Assembly: GCA_947646655.1 (NCBI GenBank)
Contig: CANSHI010000006.1
Span: 2,253-66,252 of the forward strand
Source of the DNA: an uncultured bacterium
GTDB taxonomy: Bacteria > Bacillota_I > Bacilli_A > RF39 > UBA660
Direction of reading: 5' to 3'
Length of the DNA: 64,000 nucleotides
The position numbers and the translations under genes are program-made. The notes beneath the pieces are model-generated. The model was not told where the DNA came from. It searched no databases and was given only the letters and a program-made list of their open reading frames with translations. Positions within the stretch are counted from its first letter, which is position 1, and each line of letters opens with the position of its first letter. This document shows positions 56,870 through 64,000 of the stretch, piece after piece.

Positions 56870-57247
56870 ATGAGTAATTTATTGATAACAGGTGCAGGTT
56901 TAAGTAATTTTTGTGCAAAAGCAAGTGAAATAGTAGGAATTGTAGGATGGGTTTTAACAGTTATTAAAATCGGTATCCCCCTAATAATAATTGCTCTAGG
57001 TCTTTTAGATTTAGGTAAAGCTGCTGTATCAAGCAAGCCTGAGGAAATTAAGAAAGCCGCTACTGGGCTAGTTTGGAGATTCGTTGGAGGAATTGCTATA
57101 TTCTTTATACCAACACTTGTAATGCTTATTTTTGGTCTAATAGGAAATAAGTTCGATGAGACTAAACAACAGACAGATTATAATATTTGTTATACATGTA
57201 TAACTTCACCATGGTCTTGTCCAGCACCGATTGATCCAACAGCTTAA
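56870..57247 (+). CDS. 125-aa two-TM hairpin protein, paralogue 1
   Basis: IGIPLIIIALGLLDLGKAAVSSKPEEIKKAATGLVWRFVGGIAIFFIPTLV, with a C-terminal DYNICYTC. Confidence 0.7.
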   Translation: MSNLLITGAGLSNFCAKASEIVGIVGWVLTVIKIGIPLIIIALGLLDLGKAAVSSKPEEIKKAATGLVWRFVGGIAIFFIPTLVMLIFGLIGNKFDETKQQTDYNICYTCITSPWSCPAPIDPTA

Positions 57248-57317
57248 TAATTGACAAAAGTCTTTAAACTGTATACTATATATTAGTATACTTTTTATTT
57301 TGAAAGTGAGGAAAATA

Positions 57318-57695
57318 ATGATAACTAGTTCTATAAATTCGATATGTACTAATCTCTCGCCATTGATACAAATTATAGGATATTTTATACTCATATATAA
57401 AATTTTTCTGCCCCTAATTCTTATTGTAATTATATCTGTAGATTTAACAAAAGTAATCGTCTCTAATAAATCGGACGAACTAAAAAAATGTCTAAAAAAT
57501 ATGGTCATTAAATTAGCACTCAGCATACTCATATTTTTTGTCCCCATGATTTCCATGCTGATTATGAGTTTTATTGGGCAATTTGAATATATAAAAAATG
57601 ATTCAGGAATCGACTACAATATTTGTTATGACTGCATGTTTAATCCGACGAGCAGTCGCTGTAATGAAGCTGTCGAAAACGCCGAGTTTAAATAA
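57318..57695 (+). CDS. 125-aa two-TM hairpin protein, paralogue 2
   Basis: ATG 57318 follows AGTGAGGA. IFLPLILIVIISVDLTKVIVSNKSDELKKCLKNMVIKLALSILIFFVPMIS, with a C-terminal DYNICYDC. Confidence 0.7.
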   Translation: MITSSINSICTNLSPLIQIIGYFILIYKIFLPLILIVIISVDLTKVIVSNKSDELKKCLKNMVIKLALSILIFFVPMISMLIMSFIGQFEYIKNDSGIDYNICYDCMFNPTSSRCNEAVENAEFK

Positions 57696-57702
57696 AATTT
57701 TA

Positions 57703-57731
57703 TTGTAATAAATCGCTCGAAATGATATAAT
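57703..57731 (+). promoter_or_regulatory. SigmaA-type promoter candidate
   Basis: TTGTAA, 17-nt spacer, TATAAT, with TG one nt upstream of the -10 (extended -10). Confidence 0.5.
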
Positions 57732-57755
57732 CTTCGTAGAGTAGGTGAAATTCAA

Positions 57756-59042
57756 ATGAAACACATTTTTAAATTAACTTTAATATTTATGTTATGTTTT
57801 TTATTAAATATCTTAACCGTTAAAGCACAAGAAGGTCAAATGATACTTTGTGAGTATGAAAAAGATGGAAAAAAGGTTGCAAAAATACAATTTAATCCTC
57901 TTACATTAAGTGCATACATGCCCGATGTAAATCCAGATCCAGGTCAATGGATGATACAATATCAAAAAAAGGATTCCAACAATTATGAATTTTTTCAATG
58001 GCAAGCAAGCACTATTGGTTCCTTTGATATGGCTTTTTATCAAGGCGATGTAATAAGCTGGGGAAAAGACAAAACCGATTTCCCAGAAAAGAGAAAAGAC
58101 AACTTTGCTTGTCCAAAATTTGTAAATATCGAATACGATGGTATGTGGCATAGAGCTTGTTTTTCTGATAAAGGGCGCTGTGCTGACAATGGAGCAATTT
58201 TCGAATATAATGCAAGTCTCTCTACCACTTCCGATACCATATATAATAAAATTAATGACTATGCAGTAAATAACTTATTAAAAGAATATAGTGTTTCAGA
58301 CTTACTTAAAGAAGCAAACCAAAAATATAAATCAGACAACGATGCTATAATGAAAGTTATCAAAGATAAAACCAAAATTCATGTTAAAAATAAAATACTA
58401 CCACAATACTCATTCGGAACTAAATATGCCACACCAAACTTTATAAAAAATATCGACAGTTATGTTGACGATTTAGATAATAATATCGATAAAAATGCGC
58501 TCCTTGAAAAATTTATTAAAGGTGCTGAAGATACAAAGCATGATATAAGTGCAGATAACATAGTACAAGGAGTTATAATTGGTGATGGTGTAGGTAAACT
58601 TCCTAATGCTACGCCAGAAGAAAAAGATAAGATTGAAGATGACATAGACAAAGCGAAAGATAAAGTGGATAAAAATAATGAAGAAATAGAAAAGATAAAT
58701 GATGCTATTAAATGGGCTAAAACAGCTCAAATAAAAGTAGACATACCAAAAGTTTATGATAAAACAGATTGTGAGGGGCTTCTAGGAGCTAATGTATCTA
58801 AAATTATAATCAACATCTTCAAAACTGTGCAGTTTGCGGGACCTTTATTAGTAGTGATACTTACTATATTAGATTTTGCCAAAGCTGCTGTAAGTGGAGA
58901 AGCAGAAGAAATGAAAAAATCTTCAAATAAGCTTATTAAGAGATTAATTGCGGCTGTCCTATTATTCTTTGTACCGTTATTATGTGAATTGATTCTCGAT
59001 TTTGCCAATATTACGACAATCGATAACTGCCGATTTAGATAA
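57756..59042 (+). CDS. Secreted Cys-containing ectodomain, coiled coil and a C-terminal copy of the same two-TM hairpin module
   Basis: Signal peptide MKHIFKLTLIFMLCFLLNILTVKAQEG. C-terminus FAGPLLVVILTILDFAKAAVSGEAEEMKKSSNKLIKRLIAAVLLFFVPLLC. Confidence 0.75.
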   Translation: MKHIFKLTLIFMLCFLLNILTVKAQEGQMILCEYEKDGKKVAKIQFNPLTLSAYMPDVNPDPGQWMIQYQKKDSNNYEFFQWQASTIGSFDMAFYQGDVISWGKDKTDFPEKRKDNFACPKFVNIEYDGMWHRACFSDKGRCADNGAIFEYNASLSTTSDTIYNKINDYAVNNLLKEYSVSDLLKEANQKYKSDNDAIMKVIKDKTKIHVKNKILPQYSFGTKYATPNFIKNIDSYVDDLDNNIDKNALLEKFIKGAEDTKHDISADNIVQGVIIGDGVGKLPNATPEEKDKIEDDIDKAKDKVDKNNEEIEKINDAIKWAKTAQIKVDIPKVYDKTDCEGLLGANVSKIIINIFKTVQFAGPLLVVILTILDFAKAAVSGEAEEMKKSSNKLIKRLIAAVLLFFVPLLCELILDFANITTIDNCRFR

Positions 59043-59071
59043 CCTTAATGGTTATTTTTTTTGTAATTAAA

Positions 59072-59095
59072 AACTATTGCTTAAAAACAATAGTT
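59072..59095 (-). terminator. Terminator candidate for trpS
   Basis: AACTATTG / CAATAGTT 8-bp stem overlapping the trpS stop, with T-rich sequence downstream on the minus strand. Confidence 0.5.
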
Positions 59096-60080
59096 ATCTA
59101 CCAACACCAATTTTTTCATATACTTGACGAACTTTTTCTTCAGCTAATTTACGTACTTTTTCATTTGATTCATCTAAAATTTTATCTACCATTCCACTGT
59201 CTAAAACTTCTCGATATTTTTTTTGCAAATTTTCTAAAAACTCTTCAACTACAAAAGCAACACATTTTTTAAATTCACCATAATTTGAATCTTTAAACTT
59301 CTCAGTGGCTTCTTCTATACTTATTCCCTTTAACGAAGAATAAATGACTAAAAGGTTTGAAACTCCTGGTTTATTCTCTTTATCATAATAAACTTTTAAA
59401 TCGCTGTCCGTTACAGCACTCATAATCTTCTTCTTAGCACTTTTGGGATCCTCTAAAAGCATGATACATCCTTTACCAGTCTCATCAGATTTACTCATTT
59501 TTTTGTTAGGATTCATAAGATCATATATTTTAGCGCCTTCTTGAGGAATGATCGGTTCAGGAATTTTAAAAGTATCACCATATTTGTTGTTAAATCTTGT
59601 AGCTAAATTTCTTGCCAATTCGACATGTTGTTTCTGATCGATACCTACTGGAACGACATCCGCATCATATATCAATATATCGGCAGCCATTAAAGCGGGA
59701 TAAGTAAACAGACCACAAGAAATGGCAGTCTCATTTTTATCTTTTGACTTATCTTTAAACTGTGTCATTCTCGATAACTCTCCCATATAGCTATTACACT
59801 CTAAAACCCACGCCAAATTGTTATGATAAACATTTTCAGATTGAATAAATAAAGTTGTATACTTAGGATCTAACCCACAAGCTAAATACATCGCAATTAT
59901 ATTTCTAATTCTTTCCTTTAATAAATGGGGATCATTATAAATAGTTAAAGCATGTAAATCTGCCACAAAAACAAAAGTTTCATAGTTACTTTGCATTTTA
60001 ACAAATTGACTGATCGCTCCAATATAATTACCTAAAGTCAATTCTCCTGTCGGTTTAATACCAGATAATAATCTCTTCAT
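59094..60080 (-). CDS. trpS: Tryptophan--tRNA ligase
   Basis: SGIKPTGELTLGNYIG (HIGH-type region) and KMSKS; full length. Confidence 0.95.
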   Translation of the reverse strand: MKRLLSGIKPTGELTLGNYIGAISQFVKMQSNYETFVFVADLHALTIYNDPHLLKERIRNIIAMYLACGLDPKYTTLFIQSENVYHNNLAWVLECNSYMGELSRMTQFKDKSKDKNETAISCGLFTYPALMAADILIYDADVVPVGIDQKQHVELARNLATRFNNKYGDTFKIPEPIIPQEGAKIYDLMNPNKKMSKSDETGKGCIMLLEDPKSAKKKIMSAVTDSDLKVYYDKENKPGVSNLLVIYSSLKGISIEEATEKFKDSNYGEFKKCVAFVVEEFLENLQKKYREVLDSGMVDKILDESNEKVRKLAEEKVRQVYEKIGVGR

Positions 60081-60157
60081 AATTCATCACCTATACCCAT
60101 TTTAACATAAAACGCATAATTTTGATATAACTAACCACAATATTTATAGGTGATAAT

Positions 60158-60712
60158 ATGAAGCACGCTTTTAAATATCTAATTCTTTTAATAACTTTAA
60201 TCGCGCTAGGAGGCTGTATAGGAAAAATGACTCCCAGTGAAAAAACAGAAGAATTTCTAAATCGATACATTAAAAACGATCCAATTATTATTTCTGAACT
60301 CGATACATATTTAAGTAAACAAGGACTTTCTAATGATCAAAGAAAGAAATACAAAGATATAATTCTAAACGAATATGCCAGTATAAAATATGAAATCAAA
60401 GAAGAAAGCATTGATGGTGACAATGCAACCGTAAAAACTGTTATAGACGTTAAAGATCTATATAGAGCTTCCAAAGATGCAGAAGATTATTTACTTGAAA
60501 ATCCCGAAGAATTTTACACAGACGATGAATACGATAAAGATAAATTTAACAATTATAAATTAGAAACAATGGAAAAATCTAGTCTTCGAATCGACTACAC
60601 GATCAACATAAAACTTAAAAATAAGGATGGTGTATGGACTATTGAAGAGCTAGATAATGAGACTCTAGAAAAAATTCATGGTATTTATAACTACGAAACT
60701 GACGAAAGTTAG
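60158..60712 (+). CDS. Lipoprotein of unknown function
   Basis: Lipobox ALGGC. Acidic soluble domain. Confidence 0.72.
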   Translation: MKHAFKYLILLITLIALGGCIGKMTPSEKTEEFLNRYIKNDPIIISELDTYLSKQGLSNDQRKKYKDIILNEYASIKYEIKEESIDGDNATVKTVIDVKDLYRASKDAEDYLLENPEEFYTDDEYDKDKFNNYKLETMEKSSLRIDYTINIKLKNKDGVWTIEELDNETLEKIHGIYNYETDES

Positions 60713-60788
60713 TTTTTTTATGTTTCGAATGTTGCAAATATTAACAGTTTGTGCTAAAATACCAAATATCAAAAGGGGATGTTTATTT

Positions 60789-61637
60789 ATGTATGTAGAA
60801 GATAGAGATGTTGAAACATTAGAACATTTATTAGATATTACGAATGTAATTTACACTTTATATTTCGAAGGTGACCCTAAACAAAATATCAGTGCACTTC
60901 AAATTGCTACCGAAGTAGAAAAAGAATTGATTAATAGATTAAATGTAAATCCTTTTAAATATGACGATATTATTGACCTTTTTAAAACAACTGTCAAGGA
61001 CATACCTATAGTCGATTTGTTATCTGGTACATCACCACTTTTAAGAAAAGAAACATACTCTTATATTAGAATACTTGCTAATTTAAAACACAAATTAAAT
61101 ATAAATGCCCAAAATCCTTTATTAACTTCTATTTTAACCGATCAAGAAGTTAGAATCCTATACATGCTTTTACAACAATCTATTAATACTTTACCAGGTG
61201 ATACTTCCCAAATAAGAGATTACAGCTACAAAATACTAATAGACTCCCCTACAGTTGAAAAAGAACTTTTGAATCAAAATTTTGAATCTCAAGGTAATAC
61301 AATTGCTGTTCACAATAGTAAAAGATGCGAATACATAATTTATAATATAATAACACGCTTATTTGTTAGAGTAGTTGATGAGCATGAGAAAGGAAATACT
61401 AATATTCAATACTCAGCTGAATTTCAATTACTAATCAACTATTTAAAAACTGCTTTAACTTATGTAGAACCTCAATTTAGAGAAGAATTAGTCGAAAACG
61501 CACTCCAAAAACAGCCATCTGTCGTTTCTGCAAAGTATATTTTAGCGTTAAAACAATATATTGAACCCATTTATGAAGAACTTCTGGCTTTAGAAAAAGA
61601 TAAAATTCGCCACTTCTCTATATTACCTATTAAATAG
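60789..61637 (+). CDS. Helical protein of unknown function, paralogue 1
   Basis: ATG 60789 lies 8 nt after AAAGGGGA. The track's upstream extension overlaps the preceding gene and was rejected. Confidence 0.62.
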   Translation: MYVEDRDVETLEHLLDITNVIYTLYFEGDPKQNISALQIATEVEKELINRLNVNPFKYDDIIDLFKTTVKDIPIVDLLSGTSPLLRKETYSYIRILANLKHKLNINAQNPLLTSILTDQEVRILYMLLQQSINTLPGDTSQIRDYSYKILIDSPTVEKELLNQNFESQGNTIAVHNSKRCEYIIYNIITRLFVRVVDEHEKGNTNIQYSAEFQLLINYLKTALTYVEPQFREELVENALQKQPSVVSAKYILALKQYIEPIYEELLALEKDKIRHFSILPIK

Positions 61638-61653
61638 AAAAGGAAACTTAATA

Positions 61654-62472
61654 ATGAATACAGAAGAATCGATTAGAGAATTACTTATTTTAGCCGAGCA
61701 TATTAATGACGAGTATCTTTCTCCTCATCCTAGCACATCAAACCTGGCTAATTTACTAAACCTAGAAAAAGATAAATTACAAACATTACAATCGCATCAA
61801 TCAATTATTTGTCAAATAAACAAAACTTGTAAGAAATTTGTTGTTGCAGATCAAAATGATTTACTCTTTGGCTTAATCTCTTTTATTGATCGCAAAGATT
61901 ATCCATATTATAGACTGCTGTCACATATTGAAGAACAGTATCCCCAAAGTATAAATGATTTAGTCATTACACTTCTATATGGCGAACTAATGAAGTTAAC
62001 TACTAAGAGTCAAGAGATTTCTAAAAGGGCTTATCAAATATTGATCAACTTTCCCATAGCCGAACAGCAAATAGTTGCTAATAATTTAGCACCATTAATG
62101 CAAGTATATGATACAATAGATTTTGAAATAAATTTAAACTCTTTAATAAGTTCATTAATACGTGGAGAAGTACAACCAGTAATTCTTACACCCGATGAAG
62201 AAAAAATATCTTATTTTATTGAAAAGCTATTAGATTTAGCAGATTACTTAGTGAAATCTGAACTTTTAATTTCGAACGATATTATAAAAATCGATATTGT
62301 TAAAAATTATCTTACAGCGTTAATAGCTATTTTTGATGAAGACGAATTACCTGACATGCTTAACAACTGTCTAGACTTATTACCTAACGACATTAAAGAT
62401 TTTGTTGTAGACAGATTTGACGAAGTTCCAAAACTTATCGCTCTTAAATCTAAGGTATTTATTAAAGCATAA
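61654..62472 (+). CDS. Helical protein of unknown function, paralogue 2
   Basis: AAGGAAA RBS. Similar length, composition and N-terminal pattern to the preceding gene. Confidence 0.62.
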   Translation: MNTEESIRELLILAEHINDEYLSPHPSTSNLANLLNLEKDKLQTLQSHQSIICQINKTCKKFVVADQNDLLFGLISFIDRKDYPYYRLLSHIEEQYPQSINDLVITLLYGELMKLTTKSQEISKRAYQILINFPIAEQQIVANNLAPLMQVYDTIDFEINLNSLISSLIRGEVQPVILTPDEEKISYFIEKLLDLADYLVKSELLISNDIIKIDIVKNYLTALIAIFDEDELPDMLNNCLDLLPNDIKDFVVDRFDEVPKLIALKSKVFIKA

Positions 62473-62536
62473 AATACAAAAAAAAGAATATAATAACAAT
62501 GAAAACTGAAAAAACATATTTTTTTAAAATTTTTCC

Positions 62537-62566
62537 TTGACTATAATACTGATTTAGTTATATAAT
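62537..62566 (+). promoter_or_regulatory. Promoter candidate for tRNA-Asn
   Basis: TTGACT, 18-nt spacer, TATAAT, ending 11 nt before the tRNA 5' end. Confidence 0.5.
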
Positions 62567-62577
62567 TAAGGAGCAAT

Positions 62578-62653
62578 GCCTGATTAGCTCAGTCGGTAGA
62601 GCGCACGGCTGTTAACCGTTAGGTCGCAGGTTCAAGTCCTGCATCAGGCGCCA
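62578..62653 (+). tRNA. tRNA-Asn (anticodon GTT), CCA encoded
   Basis: Hand-folded cloverleaf: acceptor GCCTGAT/ATCAGGC, D arm GCTC..GAGC, anticodon loop CTGTTAA, T arm GCAGG TTCAAGT CCTGC, then GCCA. Confidence 0.92.
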
Positions 62654-62666
62654 TTGAGAAATAAAC

Positions 62667-62696
62667 GCAAACTCTTATGATAAGGGTTTGCTTTTT
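62667..62696 (+). terminator. Rho-independent terminator after the tRNA
   Basis: GCAAACTCTTA TGA TAAGGGTTTGC followed by TTTTT. Confidence 0.8.
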
Positions 62697-62725
62697 AAAT
62701 AATCTAAAAACTTTATACAGTTTTA

Positions 62726-62755
62726 TTGACAGTCAATATCTCTTTATGATAATAT
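62726..62755 (+). promoter_or_regulatory. SigmaA-type promoter candidate for the structured RNA
   Basis: TTGACA, 17-18 nt spacer, TG-n-TAATAT (extended -10). Confidence 0.5.
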
Positions 62756-62760
62756 CTTGT

Positions 62761-62866
62761 CAGTGAGTGAGTAGTTCGCTGAATTGCTGAAGGGTATATT
62801 TTAAATATACCAGCAGGCTTGCCCTGTGGGTTCCTTCAGGCAGGGGAAAACTCACTATTTTTATTT
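62761..62866 (+). ncRNA. Candidate structured small RNA, antisense to the 3' end of the DUF3800 gene
   Basis: Locally GC-rich. Closing stem AGTGAGT / ACTCACT followed by ATTTTTATTT. Internal stems CTGAAGG / CCTTCAG and the perfect hairpin GGTATATT..AATATACC. Confidence 0.35.
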
Positions 62867-63570
62867 GAAATGAATAATACTAATTCTTTTAATTCAGGAG
62901 CATTGCTTTCTTTTGGAACTAACTTTAGTCCATAACTTAAATAATTATTATTTTTGCTATAAATTTTGTCTTTCTTTTTTAATACATATTTATAGTGATT
63001 GTTATTATTATATTTTAAAGCTTGGAATAATGCACTACAACAGCAGTCCGCCAGTTGCAGTAATCTTTTTCTTTCGTTAGGAATTATTTTAATGCTTTTT
63101 ATTTTAGAGACATCTATGTTAAATTTTTTATGATTTTTATCGTTTAAGTATTCACTCAGGCTATCTTTAGATAAATTCCCTCGTGAGCTGATACTAATAT
63201 TAGCGACACCTTGATTTTCATTCATAAACCAACATATACGTTCATATAAATAGCCACTAAAAAAGTTATAAATATTGCTAGAAGGTATAAACTTAATACT
63301 TTTAGTATCGACAATTACATTGATTATAACTAAATCTAATTTACTTACTATATCCATTATCATATTTTTGTTTGGCATACCTCTTAATAATTTCCAATGC
63401 AATTGTTTCTTTATATTCATTTCCAAATTTTGTTTGATGACATCCACTTTTTTAGCCGTTTCTAAGTCCTTACTTTTTTCCACAATAACGGCAGTAAGAA
63501 TAAAATATTTAGAACCTTTTTTAATCCCTTCATCACCTGATTCATCGATATAAACATTATAATCTTTCAT
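62836..63570 (-). CDS. DUF3800-family protein
   Basis: N-terminal YNVYIDESGDEG, typical of DUF3800. The start is moved to ATG 63570, after AGAGGAAGTG. Confidence 0.78.
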   Translation of the reverse strand: MKDYNVYIDESGDEGIKKGSKYFILTAVIVEKSKDLETAKKVDVIKQNLEMNIKKQLHWKLLRGMPNKNMIMDIVSKLDLVIINVIVDTKSIKFIPSSNIYNFFSGYLYERICWFMNENQGVANISISSRGNLSKDSLSEYLNDKNHKKFNIDVSKIKSIKIIPNERKRLLQLADCCCSALFQALKYNNNNHYKYVLKKKDKIYSKNNNYLSYGLKLVPKESNAPELKELVLFISNKNSEFSPA

Positions 63571-63734
63571 TTTCTGCACTTCCTCTCTATTCTTGATGTG
63601 AACATAAGTGAGTATTATTATAAACTTTTCACTAGACTTTTTCAATGTCTACCAAAGTCAAAGATTTGCTCCAGCCTTCTAAAAAATATTGACTTTTACA
63701 TAGTTAATAGTTAATATTTATATAGGTGAATAAA

Positions 63735-64000
63735 ATGACAAAAAAAGGTTTTACTCTAGTAGAATTGATCGCTGCAATAGCAATTATCGCATTACTTATA
63801 GTCTTAGTCGTCCCAGGCATTTCAGAATCTTCTAAAAAGGCCAAATACAAAAGTTATTTAACCAAACTCGAATCAGTAAGAAGTGCCGCTGTGACATATG
63901 GACAAGATCACTATAAAAAAATTATCGAAGAAGGAAGAGATGAACAAGATAGTGAGGGCGAGAACTATAAAGTTTATGAAATGCAATTTAAAGAATTGAT
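63735..64000 (+). CDS. Type IV pilin / pseudopilin-like protein (ComGC-type), truncated at the window edge
   Basis: MTKKGFTLVELIAAIAIIALLIVLVVPG is a prepilin leader with G|FTLVE and a hydrophobic helix. TAGGTGA RBS. The frame stays open to position 64000. Confidence 0.8.
   Translation, partial: MTKKGFTLVELIAAIAIIALLIVLVVPGISESSKKAKYKSYLTKLESVRSAAVTYGQDHYKKIIEEGRDEQDSEGENYKVYEMQFKEL

Noticed and set aside
57206-57556. 116-aa minus-strand ORF over the two-TM paralogues, and similar ORFs at 57906-58240 and 58460-59008
   Set aside because: They lie antisense to the plus-strand paralogues, which are supported by mutual conservation, RBSs and promoters.
62654-63734. Integrated mobile element at the tRNA-Asn 3' end
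   Set aside because: No integrase, recombinase or transposase is present, and there is no direct repeat of the tRNA 3' end beyond a 6-nt match. It is kept only as a low-interest islet observation.
1-64000. CRISPR arrays, rRNA genes, IS elements, prophage blocks and obvious toxin-antitoxin or restriction-modification genes
   Set aside because: Visual scanning found no regularly spaced direct repeats and no rRNA-like sequence. No ORFs carry transposase, integrase, Cas or methyltransferase signatures other than the tRNA methyltransferase TrmK.

Overview
Strongly AT-rich Firmicute chromosome segment. All calls were made by eye from the supplied ORF translations and the raw sequence; no searches were run.

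The backbone is housekeeping and cell-envelope genes with Bacillus-like local synteny:
- comEB, pdp, murG-ftsQ-queH
- yqfC-yqfD-(vanZ)-ybeY-dgkA
- uvrC, a class B PBP, rpmG-efp, hisS
- spoVID-like plus ysxE/cotS-like
- dnaG-sigA-trmK, tig, trpS, tRNA-Asn

The sporulation genes (yqfC/yqfD, SpoVID-like, CotS-like, a BclA-like mini-collagen protein) point to a spore-former or a recent descendant. Finer taxonomy cannot be assigned from this window.

Two accessory blocks stand out.

1. About 24.5-47.4 kb, a surface-display island:
- A 2,874-codon M26-type (ZmpB-like) metalloprotease ORF carries both a cohesin and a dockerin, separated by what looks like a fossil gene boundary.
- An ECF sigma/anti-sigma pair lies just downstream.
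- A LemA / J-domain / coiled-coil cluster follows.
- An XRE repressor with two palindromic operators sits over a consensus promoter.
- That promoter faces a TasA-like repeat protein, a dockerin-bearing peptidoglycan hydrolase and a membrane-anchored cohesin protein.
- A roughly 800-aa sigma-factor-like protein has six degenerate region-4-like repeats and a frameshifted 5' end.

2. About 54.4-59.0 kb, envelope proteins ending in three paralogues that share a conserved Cys-flanked two-TM hairpin module. Each has its own sigmaA-type promoter.

Smaller items:
- A 600-bp intergenic region (16.5-17.1 kb) is packed with TAGTAC/GTACTA repeats, mirrored 11-codon mini-ORFs and terminators on both strands.
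- A promoter-plus-terminator-flanked, GC-rich structured RNA candidate runs antisense to the 3' end of a DUF3800 gene next to tRNA-Asn.

No CRISPR array, transposase, integrase or rRNA was seen.
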